A DNA stretch of 64,000 nt from a virus (IMGVR_UViG_3300009164_004014:824-64823), one strand, 5' to 3'; counted from the first letter of the stretch, positions 46,956 through 57,238 are shown. The notes: generated from the letters alone by a model not told the origin. Numbers and translations are program-made.

Positions 46956-48177
46956 TAGAAATAATTACTCTAAAATAAATACCAGTTTTGAAAGAATAGG
47001 TTCTGAATTTTGGACACCTCCTATTCATGAAATTATGTATGATGGAAATATTTTATTGGATTGTATTCGTACAGATTTTAAAGATACAGAGTATTGGTTT
47101 ATTGAAATATACAACGGAAATGCATTTCAAGCATACCCAATAGAAACTATAATACCCATAGATGTATTAAAGAAAATTTGGAAAAGAGAAACATTTTTAA
47201 TAATAAGTAACGGTCATGAAACTTATCATGATGTAGTCACCGGAATTTATAGAGATTTAATAGTACGTGCTAATATTCCAATAGAACAAATAATATTAAT
47301 AAGTGAGTCTGCTGATATAATAGAAGAAGTAAAAATAGTTAGTAAAAATTATAATTTAGATCAAATAAAAGTAGAATGGGTTAGAGCATTTGAATATAAT
47401 GCAAAAACTCAATTTAATGTTTCTCTTAATGAAAAAATAACACCCACACTTGAAAATAAACATTATAATAAAAAATTTTTAAGTTTTAATAGACACATGA
47501 TGACACATGGTAGACTGCATCGGGGCAGCCTTATTTCATTACTATGTGCTATGAATATGTTAGATTATGGATATATTAGTGCCGGGATGTTTTATGATTA
47601 TCCTACATGGGCTGACATATTAGAAGAATTAAAAAAATATCATAATGATAATATAGAAATACTGTCCTTGCTAAATGATAATGAACAAAAAATATTGAAT
47701 ATTGAAAAACTTACAGTTGATGCAGATTATTTAACTTTACAGATACGTAATAATGCTGATTTACTTCCGTCAACTACTGAGTTCTATTCTAATAGTTATT
47801 TTAGTGTAGTTACCGAAACAAACTGTTTTGCTAGAGGAAAATATCCAAATGAGTTATTTTATCCGGGAAGATTACTTAGCGAAAAAACATTTAAAACTAT
47901 TGTGCAAAAGCACCCCTTTGTTATAGTCGCACCCGTAAACACACTTAGTCTATTAAAAGAAATAGGTTATAAAACATTTAGTCCATGGATCAATGAAAAT
48001 TACGATACAGAAACAAACGAATCAATGAGAATGCTAATGATTGTAAAAGAAATCAAAAGATTGTGTGAATTATCGCCCGAACAATTAACTGATTTTTTAA
48101 ACAATGTTAGAGAAATATGTGAGCATAATTTTAATATATTGCTTAACAAAACAGAGTGGATTACTAAATTAAATTAA
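46942..48177 (+). CDS. Putative glycosyltransferase-like protein (paralogue family A, copy 1)
   Basis: KKFLSFNR..HR..SYFSVVTET..LSEKTFK..HPF..GYKTFSP.I.E.YD, shared with 50793 and the C-terminus of 54777. The SEK motif recalls GT-B families such as GT10; function is inferred. Confidence 0.5.
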   Translation: MTILNRNNYSKINTSFERIGSEFWTPPIHEIMYDGNILLDCIRTDFKDTEYWFIEIYNGNAFQAYPIETIIPIDVLKKIWKRETFLIISNGHETYHDVVTGIYRDLIVRANIPIEQIILISESADIIEEVKIVSKNYNLDQIKVEWVRAFEYNAKTQFNVSLNEKITPTLENKHYNKKFLSFNRHMMTHGRLHRGSLISLLCAMNMLDYGYISAGMFYDYPTWADILEELKKYHNDNIEILSLLNDNEQKILNIEKLTVDADYLTLQIRNNADLLPSTTEFYSNSYFSVVTETNCFARGKYPNELFYPGRLLSEKTFKTIVQKHPFVIVAPVNTLSLLKEIGYKTFSPWINENYDTETNESMRMLMIVKEIKRLCELSPEQLTDFLNNVREICEHNFNILLNKTEWITKLN

Positions 48178-48524
48178 CCGTACTTTTTAATTTCTTTAAC
48201 TGGGTCATTTAATTTATCAGCCATTTTATTTTTCAAATCATATCGTTTATGCATTACATCTCTAATGTATAATGCTCTACGCCCAACTTCAGCTAAATCG
48301 TACATATGTTCAATTCGATTTTTTTTAAAATCATCTTCTAAGTCCCATACCTCAGCGTGTACCTCATATAATTGATCTAAATCTTCTTGGATCAACATGA
48401 AATCAATATCGTGCAATTGATCGGTATAAAAGTCCAATTCTTCTTTGTTTGTACCAAGTTTTGCAAATTTAAGTTTTGCAATACAATAGCGATCTACTAA
48501 TTCAATAACGGGAAATTTATACAT
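48174..48524 (-). CDS. Small helical protein, DUF6165/DUF4254-like
   Basis: ELVDRYCIAKLK..LYEVHAEVWDLEDD..RRALYIRD..RYDLKNKM pattern; last gene of the minus-strand sugar cassette. Confidence 0.5.
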   Translation of the reverse strand: MYKFPVIELVDRYCIAKLKFAKLGTNKEELDFYTDQLHDIDFMLIQEDLDQLYEVHAEVWDLEDDFKKNRIEHMYDLAEVGRRALYIRDVMHKRYDLKNKMADKLNDPVKEIKKYG

Positions 48525-49731
48525 TTATTATTTCTACCTTTGGAAAATACTTTAAAAAAATATCTTGCTTCATGTTACGTATATTTTTTATTTTTTTGCT
48601 TATTTCTGTAACAAAGTTCCAAGCTAATGGCATAAAAACAATTTTATCATCCAAGCTAAACTCCTTGATAAAATTAGGTCCTTTGATAAGAATCTTTGTT
48701 CCCGGAGTATATAAATTTTGTTTTAATGGGTTGTCATCTATAATAAAGTCTAACTTAACATCAATAAAATTTAGTAAAGTGTTACCCTTAGCAGCAGCAC
48801 CGTATCCTACAACCTTATACCCTTGTTGTTGGTAGTTTAATATAGCTTCTTTTAAGTTAATCATGTTAGATTTAACATTATTTTCCCATTGAATGTATGT
48901 GTCTAATTTTTGCAAAGATTCTTCCAGTTTGATTTTATTTTCAATATTATAAACTCTACTATTTTTACAACTTAGTACAAATACATAACTACTGCCGTGA
49001 ATTGGAGTTTTGAAAACATCTATTAGGTTCAACCCTGCTCTTATAGCTAATCTGTTCATACTATTAATATTAAAGAAATTTATATGTTCATGGTATATAG
49101 TATCAAACTCATTATTTAAAATCATATCTGCTTGGCTTGTTTGAATAAACAATAAGGTATCATCTGACATTAATTTTTTACATGTAGTTAAAAAACTATA
49201 CGGATTTGGATTATGTGCCATAACGTTCTGTGCAATAATAGCATCAAAGTTATACTTAATTTTTTCTATTATAGAAGGACCAAAGAAATCACAAATAACA
49301 TCATGTTTTGCAGAACTGATAGGATGAATATTTTCAGCTGGATCAACTCCAAATGTATTGTATCCTCTACTTTTAAAATAATCTAATTGAGTGCCGTCAT
49401 TACACCCAATATCTAGTATATTAGAGGTCTGTCTATCAATTGATTCTACTACGTATCCGGCAAACCAATCACTGTATTCTTTTATAGTATTATTAGTTCC
49501 GGTAATATAAAGATAATTTTTATATATAATTGATGGATCAATCGTATGTGTTAATTGTAAGTGATAGCAATCCTTGCATACATTAACACCTAAGGGATAT
49601 TTTTTTTCATGTTCACTACTTGAAGTCAAGTAACTATTGGCTAATGGTTGATTTCTTAAGTCAAGTGAGAGCAACAAGTTAGTGCTACCGCAAGCTAAAC
49701 ATTTACTATTAACATTACAACCATCTGTCAT
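48517..49731 (-). CDS. NDP-hexose C-methyltransferase (Zn-binding N-terminus, class I SAM MTase, C-terminal GYGAAAKG domain)
   Basis: CLACG..QPLANSY..CKDCYHLQL; LDIGCNDG; NVMAH; FDTIYHEH; GYGAAAKGNTLLN. Confidence 0.88.
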   Translation of the reverse strand: MTDGCNVNSKCLACGSTNLLLSLDLRNQPLANSYLTSSSEHEKKYPLGVNVCKDCYHLQLTHTIDPSIIYKNYLYITGTNNTIKEYSDWFAGYVVESIDRQTSNILDIGCNDGTQLDYFKSRGYNTFGVDPAENIHPISSAKHDVICDFFGPSIIEKIKYNFDAIIAQNVMAHNPNPYSFLTTCKKLMSDDTLLFIQTSQADMILNNEFDTIYHEHINFFNINSMNRLAIRAGLNLIDVFKTPIHGSSYVFVLSCKNSRVYNIENKIKLEESLQKLDTYIQWENNVKSNMINLKEAILNYQQQGYKVVGYGAAAKGNTLLNFIDVKLDFIIDDNPLKQNLYTPGTKILIKGPNFIKEFSLDDKIVFMPLAWNFVTEISKKIKNIRNMKQDIFLKYFPKVEIINV

Positions 49732-50746
49732 TTTTTAATGTCCACTCAACCATTTGTTTCAATCTCAAATCAAAATCATATTTGGGTTCCCAGCCTAGGC
49801 CTTTCATATATTCACCACTTAGGCTGTATCTGAAATCATGTCCAGGACGTTGTAAATCGTAACCTACCATGGTATATTTTAATTCTTTGCTTAAAATATC
49901 TGCTATCTTTTGTGCAACTTCTAAGTTACTAACTTCATATTGTCCCACAATGTTAAACTTAGGGCAAGTTGCTATCCCGGCATCACTTGCTAGCTTGAAT
50001 TTCTTATGCGGTAAATCAACTATAAACATAGTAGCATCTGCAACATCGGCTGCATGTACCCAATGTCGTAGTCCTGATTTTGTACCGGTTTCTTCATCAC
50101 AGTGAATAGTAACTGGTTCATCCGCTAATATCTTACGCATAGCAATACCAATAAACTTTTCAGGTAGTTGTCTCTCTCCAAATACATTCATAGTGTGAGT
50201 ACAGTATATAGGCATTCCGTACGTGTTCTCATATGCTACGCACAATTCTTCTGCGCCCGCTTTTGATGCACTATACGGACTACGACTGTTATATCTATCG
50301 TATTCTTTGAAATCAACATCATCAGGTGCTGATCCAAACACTTCATCTGTACCAAAATTAATAAATTTTTCTAAGTTGGGTAGATATTTTCTTGCATAGT
50401 CTAATAGATTGCATGTCCCCACTACATTATCTAATACGAATGCTAATGGATTTTCAATGGATCTAGTAACATGACTACCTGCTGCCATATGAACGATAAT
50501 ATCTATGTTTCCTAACTGTTTAGCTAATTGGTCATTTATTTCAGCCTTTAAGTCATGATAAATGACTTTTACCCTATGTATATCTGCTGGGAATTCATCT
50601 TTTAGTTCTGCCAATCTATTAAGATTTCCTGAAAAATCTAATCTATCCAATGATATGATATTATATTCGGGATGCTTTAATAGACGCCGAATCATATGGT
50701 GTCCTATGAATCCGGCACCACCAGTAACTAATATTGTTTTTGTCAT
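49715..50746 (-). CDS. rfbB: dTDP-glucose 4,6-dehydratase-like extended SDR
   Basis: TGGAGFIG, HMAAGSHVTRSI, GTDEVFG, PYSASKA, RPGHDFRY. Confidence 0.88.
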   Translation of the reverse strand: MTKTILVTGGAGFIGHHMIRRLLKHPEYNIISLDRLDFSGNLNRLAELKDEFPADIHRVKVIYHDLKAEINDQLAKQLGNIDIIVHMAAGSHVTRSIENPLAFVLDNVVGTCNLLDYARKYLPNLEKFINFGTDEVFGSAPDDVDFKEYDRYNSRSPYSASKAGAEELCVAYENTYGMPIYCTHTMNVFGERQLPEKFIGIAMRKILADEPVTIHCDEETGTKSGLRHWVHAADVADATMFIVDLPHKKFKLASDAGIATCPKFNIVGQYEVSNLEVAQKIADILSKELKYTMVGYDLQRPGHDFRYSLSGEYMKGLGWEPKYDFDLRLKQMVEWTLKNDRWL

Positions 50747-50753
50747 AATGATT

Positions 50754-50785
50754 TATTTATTTGATTAAAACACTAACAATAAATA
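50754..50785. promoter_or_regulatory. Divergent pair of late promoters (TAAATA minus 50754-50759; plus 50780-50785)
   Basis: Both lie in the 46-nt gap between divergent genes, each 7 nt before an ATG. Confidence 0.5.
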
Positions 50786-50792
50786 ATGTACT

Positions 50793-51911
50793 ATGATTAT
50801 CAATTCTAAAGGCTTTTACTATATTGACGACCAAAATATAGAAAAACGAGCAATGAGCACCTACACTTATCTCTCGGGCTTCAATGAACACAAGTATTAT
50901 TACATAGAATTTAAAAGTAGTTTGAATAAACTAGCTGACTGTTTAGTTGAGAATGATCTTTTAAATAAATTAATAAATGAAGATTTGTATTTGATTTTAT
51001 GTAACAGCCATGAAGCCTTTCATTGGATAGTTTCAGAAGTATATAATAAAGCAATAATAGAACTAGGAATACCGGAACATAAAATTTTATTACTAAGTGA
51101 ATCTGCGGATATTTTAACTGAAGTTAAAAAAGTAGCTGCAAATTTGAGTAAACAAGAAATAAAAGTCAAATGGACTAGAATGTTTGAATGGTCTTGTACT
51201 CAACAAGCTATACATAATCATAAAAAAAATCCAAAATTAATTAATAAACACTTTAATAAGGCTTTTCTAAATTTCAATAGAAGATGGAGATTGCATCGTG
51301 TTGCCCTTGTAGCTTTATTATATAGCACCAATTTGTTAGATAGGGGTCACGTAAGTTTAGCACCAGTAGAAGGTCAAGATTGGGATAGGGTATTTTGGCA
51401 GCTAGAAATACAGCACAACGAAGAAATGAAAGAATTGTTTAAACAAAATAAACAAGGAATACTTAATTTACCACCGATGTATTTAGATACTACTAATTTA
51501 AATGAAAACCATGCAAGGTGTAAACCATCTACAGATTATTTATATGCTGACAGTTATTTTAGTGTAGTGTCTGAAACAAATTTTTATAAAGATGCACCGG
51601 GTAGATTTTTAAGTGAAAAAGTATTTAAACCTGTTGTACATGAACATCCCTTTATTTTGGTTTCTAGACCACACTCATTAGAAGCGTTTCGTAGTTTGGG
51701 TTATAAAACATTTAGTCCATATATAAATGAAAGTTATGACCTTGAAGAAGATGAATCAAAAAGACTTTTTATGATAATAGCAGAAATAAAAAGATTATCA
51801 ACTTTAAATCAATCCGAACTAAATGAATTTTTACACGGGTTGAAAGAGGTATGTGATTATAACCTAGAAGTTTTGTTAAACAAAACAAATTTTATTACGG
51901 ATTTAAATTAA
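50793..51911 (+). CDS. Putative glycosyltransferase-like protein (paralogue family A, copy 2)
   Basis: NSHE..SESADI..FLNFNRRWRLHR..SYFSVVSETN..LSEKVFK..HPF..GYKTFSP. Confidence 0.5.
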   Translation: MIINSKGFYYIDDQNIEKRAMSTYTYLSGFNEHKYYYIEFKSSLNKLADCLVENDLLNKLINEDLYLILCNSHEAFHWIVSEVYNKAIIELGIPEHKILLLSESADILTEVKKVAANLSKQEIKVKWTRMFEWSCTQQAIHNHKKNPKLINKHFNKAFLNFNRRWRLHRVALVALLYSTNLLDRGHVSLAPVEGQDWDRVFWQLEIQHNEEMKELFKQNKQGILNLPPMYLDTTNLNENHARCKPSTDYLYADSYFSVVSETNFYKDAPGRFLSEKVFKPVVHEHPFILVSRPHSLEAFRSLGYKTFSPYINESYDLEEDESKRLFMIIAEIKRLSTLNQSELNEFLHGLKEVCDYNLEVLLNKTNFITDLN

Positions 51912-51912
51912 T

Positions 51913-52725
51913 ATGATTATAGATTTTAAAAATATAGATTTTACCAAATACAAACGTTTTTTTGTATTTGGTTGTAGTTTTACTGAATATCGATGGCCAA
52001 CTTGGGCTAATGTATTGTCAAAAGAAATGCCTACTGTGGATTTTTATAATTTTGGTCATTGTGGAGGCGGCAATTCAATGATATCCAATCGTATTACTGA
52101 AGCTAATTGTAGATTTAATTTTACTGAAACTGATTTAGTTATTCCAATGTGGACTACATTTTGTAGAGAAGACAGGTATAAGTTTGGTAGTTGGTTAAGT
52201 GTTGGTAATATGTTTTCTCAACAAGAATATAGTGCAGAATTTGTGAAAAAATATTGTGATCCAAAAGGATATTTATTGAGAGATTTAGCAATAATTACTA
52301 TTACTAGTGCCTATCTTAAAAATTTACCATGCGACTCGTTTACGTTAGCTAGTGTACCTTACAATTATCAAATGATAATGAATGATAACCATAAACCAAC
52401 TCCATCAGAGATATTGGACGTGTATAAAGATACTATCAATTTAACACCGCCGTCGTTAATAGATTTAGAATTAGATGGAGAATTTAAGTATGGTCATACA
52501 TATAAAAGAAAAGATAGTGAGGAAATTTATATTGATTATCACCCTCACACATTAAATTATTATAATTATCTTTCTAAAATAGGATTGCCCCTAACAAATA
52601 AATCGTTAGAATATACTGAAAAATCTATGGAATTATTAAAATCAACGACAACTGAAATAGAACTTCTTGAATGTTTTAAGTCAATGCAATGGCAAAGAGT
52701 CATTAAAGTAAGAAGTATTTTTTAA
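51913..52725 (+). CDS. SGNH/GDSL-like hydrolase or acyltransferase
   Basis: FGCSFT (block I), NFGHCGGGN (block II), DYHP (block V). Confidence 0.6.
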   Translation: MIIDFKNIDFTKYKRFFVFGCSFTEYRWPTWANVLSKEMPTVDFYNFGHCGGGNSMISNRITEANCRFNFTETDLVIPMWTTFCREDRYKFGSWLSVGNMFSQQEYSAEFVKKYCDPKGYLLRDLAIITITSAYLKNLPCDSFTLASVPYNYQMIMNDNHKPTPSEILDVYKDTINLTPPSLIDLELDGEFKYGHTYKRKDSEEIYIDYHPHTLNYYNYLSKIGLPLTNKSLEYTEKSMELLKSTTTEIELLECFKSMQWQRVIKVRSIF

Positions 52726-52747
52726 ATAAGAAAAAACAAAAAAATTC

Positions 52748-54685
52748 CTACTTCATTGAATTAATATCTTGAGTAATAATAGTTTTACCAAAATTACGCT
52801 TTCTACCAAAATACATATTTTCTAAAAATCTATCTAGGCTAATATCTTTACTTTCGTGAAAATCAAAATTATATCTTACATTAGTTTCTAATTTGGTATT
52901 ATCTATAATGTATCCAAGAAAGTCATAGTCAAATTCTACCGTATACGGAAACTTTGAAATATCATCATAATTTATCACATAGTTCTTTTGTAACAATAAT
53001 AACTGTTTTAAACAATTGCTCTCTAAATCAAATTCGTTAGTTACAAATCGTTCTATCAAATCAAAAACATATTCGTATCGTCTATCCTTGTGCATTTGCA
53101 GAGTAGTTCTGTGTATAAGATTCCATCCATGGATTTCAATATTACTAATATTAGAGTGGTTGATCTTACCTAATGTAATCCAATTTCTATAATACATACG
53201 AACAGCATCTCTTTCTTCTATAAACCACGAATCCTCAATGAGGTACTTCCATAACTTTTCATAGAACACAGAGTAGTCTATACCTGCTTTTTTGTGTAAG
53301 AATCTACTGATATATGTAGTAAGGCCATTAATATGAAACGTCTGCATAAACCAACTGAATATTTGACTATCTAGCATTTCTTCTACAGACATATCTTTGG
53401 TGCTAGTAACTACATTTACACATTCTTCTAACTCATGATAGTTATAACTGCCGCTCATATAATCGTAAACAGGTACACTGGTAATTTTGTACAGTTTTTC
53501 TTGTAGTAGATTCATTTCGGCATTTTCTAACATCTGTGCTTGCAGAATATTAATGCCTGTATGATTACCGGCACGAAAAATCTTGTAGAAACCTTCCTTC
53601 CAACTTGCAACGGTTTCACCGGGCAAGCCTAAAATAATTTCAGTGTACACCGGTACATTGTTTTTATCGCACAATGCAAAAATATTTTCAATTTTATGTT
53701 GTGCAAGGTTCTTGCGTTTGATATTCTCTAGTACATCTAAGTCCATGCTTTGTACACTAACAGTGAGCCCTTGATTAAACTTGGGATTTTTAATTAATTT
53801 GAATATAATATCAAACACTTCTGGCTTTTGATCCTTGGCCCATGTCATACTAAAACTGTTAGGATAACCGTACTTCTCTTGTACTTCAATTAGTTTATCT
53901 GCAATAGCATTATCACGTTCAACAAACATACCAAAGTTAGCATCAGCAACAGTAACAAACCCACATCCTTTCTTACCAATCCATTCTAATTCTGCAAATA
54001 CTTTTTCTAAACCAAATTTTTTAACCTTGTTATAGGTTAAGCTGCCCCAATCACAGAATGTACAAGCATATGGACATCCTCGATTAGTCTCGATAGTTGC
54101 GTTCCACTCTATATCAGTTACTTCACGCATGATCTTGTCAAAGACTCCTGTAAGATAAGGACTAGGTAAGTTTTTTAAATTGCTAATGCGGTCGCCGCTG
54201 CCGGTATCTACTGCTACTCCGTCTTTGTTAATTAATAATCCTTTGATATCAAACCAAGCAGTGTTGTCTGAAATTGCGTCTAACAGTTGTCGTAGTATTA
54301 GTTCACCTTCTGATTTAATAACAACATCTATGAAGGGCAACTTTTTAAATATATCTTTCTTTGTTATTGGCATTTCTGGGCCACCAAAAAATATTATACA
54401 GTTGGGATTACGTTCCTTTACCTTACGTGCTAAGGTATAATTATAATTCTTGTTCCATACATAGGTACTAAATCCCACAATGTTGCATTGAGATAGTTTA
54501 GTAACAGTATCCTCAATGTTGTCTCTGCGCCATATCAAATCTTCTAATTGGTAATTAGATTTAATTGAATCAAATTGATTAACATATGCCCATAACACTC
54601 CTATGCTATATGGCAAATAGTGTGCATTGTATTCTTTTGGGCCTTGTTGAAAATTGGGCTGAACAAAGCTAATTTTTTTATTCAT
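52748..54685 (-). CDS. Cobalamin-binding (class B-like) radical SAM enzyme
   Basis: LPYSIG..VGFSTYVWN..FGGPE..ETNRGCPYACTFCDWG..DANFG..ILGLPGET. True start probably ATG 54685 (MNKKISF). Confidence 0.88.
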   Translation of the reverse strand: MNKKISFVQPNFQQGPKEYNAHYLPYSIGVLWAYVNQFDSIKSNYQLEDLIWRRDNIEDTVTKLSQCNIVGFSTYVWNKNYNYTLARKVKERNPNCIIFFGGPEMPITKKDIFKKLPFIDVVIKSEGELILRQLLDAISDNTAWFDIKGLLINKDGVAVDTGSGDRISNLKNLPSPYLTGVFDKIMREVTDIEWNATIETNRGCPYACTFCDWGSLTYNKVKKFGLEKVFAELEWIGKKGCGFVTVADANFGMFVERDNAIADKLIEVQEKYGYPNSFSMTWAKDQKPEVFDIIFKLIKNPKFNQGLTVSVQSMDLDVLENIKRKNLAQHKIENIFALCDKNNVPVYTEIILGLPGETVASWKEGFYKIFRAGNHTGINILQAQMLENAEMNLLQEKLYKITSVPVYDYMSGSYNYHELEECVNVVTSTKDMSVEEMLDSQIFSWFMQTFHINGLTTYISRFLHKKAGIDYSVFYEKLWKYLIEDSWFIEERDAVRMYYRNWITLGKINHSNISNIEIHGWNLIHRTTLQMHKDRRYEYVFDLIERFVTNEFDLESNCLKQLLLLQKNYVINYDDISKFPYTVEFDYDFLGYIIDNTKLETNVRYNFDFHESKDISLDRFLENMYFGRKRNFGKTIITQDINSMK

Positions 54686-54689
54686 TGAG

Positions 54690-54753
54690 TATTTAATCAA
54701 TTTTTTTTCACAGAGCATTAAATTTTTGGCACCATTGATACTTTAGTTAAATA
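54690..54753. promoter_or_regulatory. Divergent late promoters (TAAATA minus 54690-54695, 4 nt before ATG 54685; plus 54748-54753)
   Basis: Minus strand TAAATA-ctca-ATG; plus strand TAAATA followed by AAGGA SD and ATG 54777. Confidence 0.55.
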
Positions 54754-54776
54754 TATTATTAAAATAAGGATTGTAA

Positions 54777-57170
54777 ATGAAAACAGTAGCAATGATAGGC
54801 GTGGGTAAGTTAGGACAAGATTGTGCTGAAGTAATGGCAGCGGCTGGTTATGACGTAGTGGGTTATGATGTAGAACCAAGAACTCCCGAATTTCCCATGT
54901 GCAATACAATACAAGAAGCAGTAAAAGATAGAGACTTTATTTTCATTGCGGCTCCTACTCCGCACGACTCAATGTACGGTGGGGAAACTCCAACTAGTCA
55001 TTTACCAAATAAAGATTTTGATTATACTATTGTAACAAATATTCTTAATGAGGTTAATTTATACGTAAACAAAAGTCAATTAGTTATATTAATAAGCACA
55101 GTATTACCCGGGACAGTTCGTAATCAGTTGGAACCGTGCATCACCAATGCACGTTTCATTTATAATCCTTACTTGATTGCAATGGGAACAATTAAATGGG
55201 ATATGGTTAATCCAGAAATGGTTATTATTGGAACAGAGAGTGGTAGTTTAACAGGTGATGCAAAAGAATTGATTGATTTCTACAAAGTGTTTATGGAGAA
55301 TGACCCTAGGTATGAAGTTGGTACATGGGATGAAGCTGAGTCAATTAAGATTTTCTATAACACATTTATTAGTACTAAACTAGCATTGGTAAACATGATA
55401 CAAGATGTAGCCGAGACTAATGGAAATATCAATGTAGATGTGGTAACAACAGCATTAGCAAAAAGTACGTATCGCATTATGGGTCCAATGTATATGAAAG
55501 CTGCGTTTGGAGATGCAGGTGCATGTCATCCTAGAGATAATATTGCATTGCGTTATCTTGCCGATAGGTTAGATTTGGGGTACGATTTATTTGATAGTAT
55601 AATGACAGCCCGTGAAGTACAAGCAGAGCGTATGGCATTGCGTTGTTTAAAAAACGGAAAAAATGTTACTATCATCGGTAAGGCGTATAAACCAGGAGTA
55701 CCCTATACCAATGGCAGTGCTAGTATGTTAGTGGGATATTATATTGAAAAACATGGCGGAAACGTAAATTATTATGATGAGAATACCAAAGATTTAGATT
55801 TAAAATTAAGTTGGACAGAAGTATATTTAATTGGTTATTGGGAAGATTGGGTATATTCTTTAATGCCAATAATAGGTCATCAACAACGATCAGTAGTAAT
55901 AATAGATCCATGGCGGAATCCTAAGTATAATGATCCAATGGAAAAGATAATGTATGGTAATACTAGACCAACTTTTAATTTTGGTGTACTCCCTAACGAC
56001 TTAGAACATTGGAAAATTGGGGCCGAGAAAAATGTAATTGAATTGTTTCCTAAAATTGAAAAATACAAAGATATTATACATATAATTGATGCTGAAGTGG
56101 GTCCTACTAATTTTGGAATGAGGCCCACGGAACTCATTGTAGAAGAAATGATGGAAGCCAAACGTAATGGAAAAACTAAATTTTTATTCTATAATTTAGC
56201 TGAAGGTTATTTAAACAATGTAGTAGAGAAAATTCATCGTATTGCAAATATAGTTGAAAATCAGATAGATTCAAAAGATATATTTTATTTGTGTGCTTCT
56301 CCGGGTTCGGAAAAAACTTATGAAAATATATTTAACATTAAAAATTTAACAAAAACAAATTGGAAAAATAAAATTTCAATATTAGCAACTGCATCTTTTC
56401 AGTATTTTGTTCAACACAATGGCGCGGGGCAATTTAAAGATGTTGTGTATACAGTTAAAGAAAAACCCAAAAAGTTTTTATGTTTTAACAAATTGCCCCG
56501 CGCACATAGAGTTAAATTAATTGAAAAATTTTTAGAACATGATATATTAGATGAAGGTTTTTATTCGTTTTTACCAATGAATGGGATGGATACTAAAGAT
56601 TTTTCATGGATAGATACATTACCAGACACATTTGTGAATGTAAAAGCAAATAAAGATAAATTTCCATTAAAATTAAATTTAAGCCCTCACCGAAGTATGA
56701 ATCCATCGATGTTAGATATAGAAGATTTACCTTGCTTTGATGATAGTTATTTTAGTATAGTTACGGAAACTACTTTTTATTCTAATAGAACAAAACATTC
56801 TGATTCTTTTAATAAATTTCAACGACATGCTACTTTAGATGATATTTTTATAACTGAAAAAACTTTTAAGTGCATCCCTGCAATGCACCCGTTTATAATA
56901 TTTTCATATCCGGGAATACTGTCTGCATTAAGAACTCTTGGATATAAAACATTCTCTCCCATGATAGATGAAACATATGATACTATTATCAACGATGATG
57001 AAAGATTTAATGCTCTTTGGAATGAAATAACTAGATTATTACAAAAGACACCTGAAGAATGGATTCAGTGGCAGACCGAGATTAAGGAAATTGTTGAATA
57101 TAATAAAAATCATTTTTATTCTAACACAAATCATAATTCAACTAAAGACATTTCTCGTTTGTTTGAGTAA
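54777..57170 (+). CDS. UDP-glucose/GDP-mannose dehydrogenase family protein fused to a family-A GT-like domain
   Basis: N-terminal half: IGVGKLG, APTP, ISTVLPGT, YNPYLI, IKIFYNTFISTK, GDAGACHPRD, GKAYKP. C-terminal half: KKFLCFNK..HR..SYFSIVTET..ITEKTFK..HPF..GYKTFSP. Confidence 0.85.
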   Translation: MKTVAMIGVGKLGQDCAEVMAAAGYDVVGYDVEPRTPEFPMCNTIQEAVKDRDFIFIAAPTPHDSMYGGETPTSHLPNKDFDYTIVTNILNEVNLYVNKSQLVILISTVLPGTVRNQLEPCITNARFIYNPYLIAMGTIKWDMVNPEMVIIGTESGSLTGDAKELIDFYKVFMENDPRYEVGTWDEAESIKIFYNTFISTKLALVNMIQDVAETNGNINVDVVTTALAKSTYRIMGPMYMKAAFGDAGACHPRDNIALRYLADRLDLGYDLFDSIMTAREVQAERMALRCLKNGKNVTIIGKAYKPGVPYTNGSASMLVGYYIEKHGGNVNYYDENTKDLDLKLSWTEVYLIGYWEDWVYSLMPIIGHQQRSVVIIDPWRNPKYNDPMEKIMYGNTRPTFNFGVLPNDLEHWKIGAEKNVIELFPKIEKYKDIIHIIDAEVGPTNFGMRPTELIVEEMMEAKRNGKTKFLFYNLAEGYLNNVVEKIHRIANIVENQIDSKDIFYLCASPGSEKTYENIFNIKNLTKTNWKNKISILATASFQYFVQHNGAGQFKDVVYTVKEKPKKFLCFNKLPRAHRVKLIEKFLEHDILDEGFYSFLPMNGMDTKDFSWIDTLPDTFVNVKANKDKFPLKLNLSPHRSMNPSMLDIEDLPCFDDSYFSIVTETTFYSNRTKHSDSFNKFQRHATLDDIFITEKTFKCIPAMHPFIIFSYPGILSALRTLGYKTFSPMIDETYDTIINDDERFNALWNEITRLLQKTPEEWIQWQTEIKEIVEYNKNHFYSNTNHNSTKDISRLFE

Positions 57171-57200
57171 TAAATTATCTTTACCCCTTTGTAAAACTAT

Positions 57201-57206
57201 TAAATA
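57201..57206 (+). promoter_or_regulatory. Late promoter TAAATA
   Basis: TAAATAgtgtat, the same 12 nt as at 571. Confidence 0.55.
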
Positions 57207-57238
57207 GTGTATGAGAGAACATACACGGGAGATTACTT

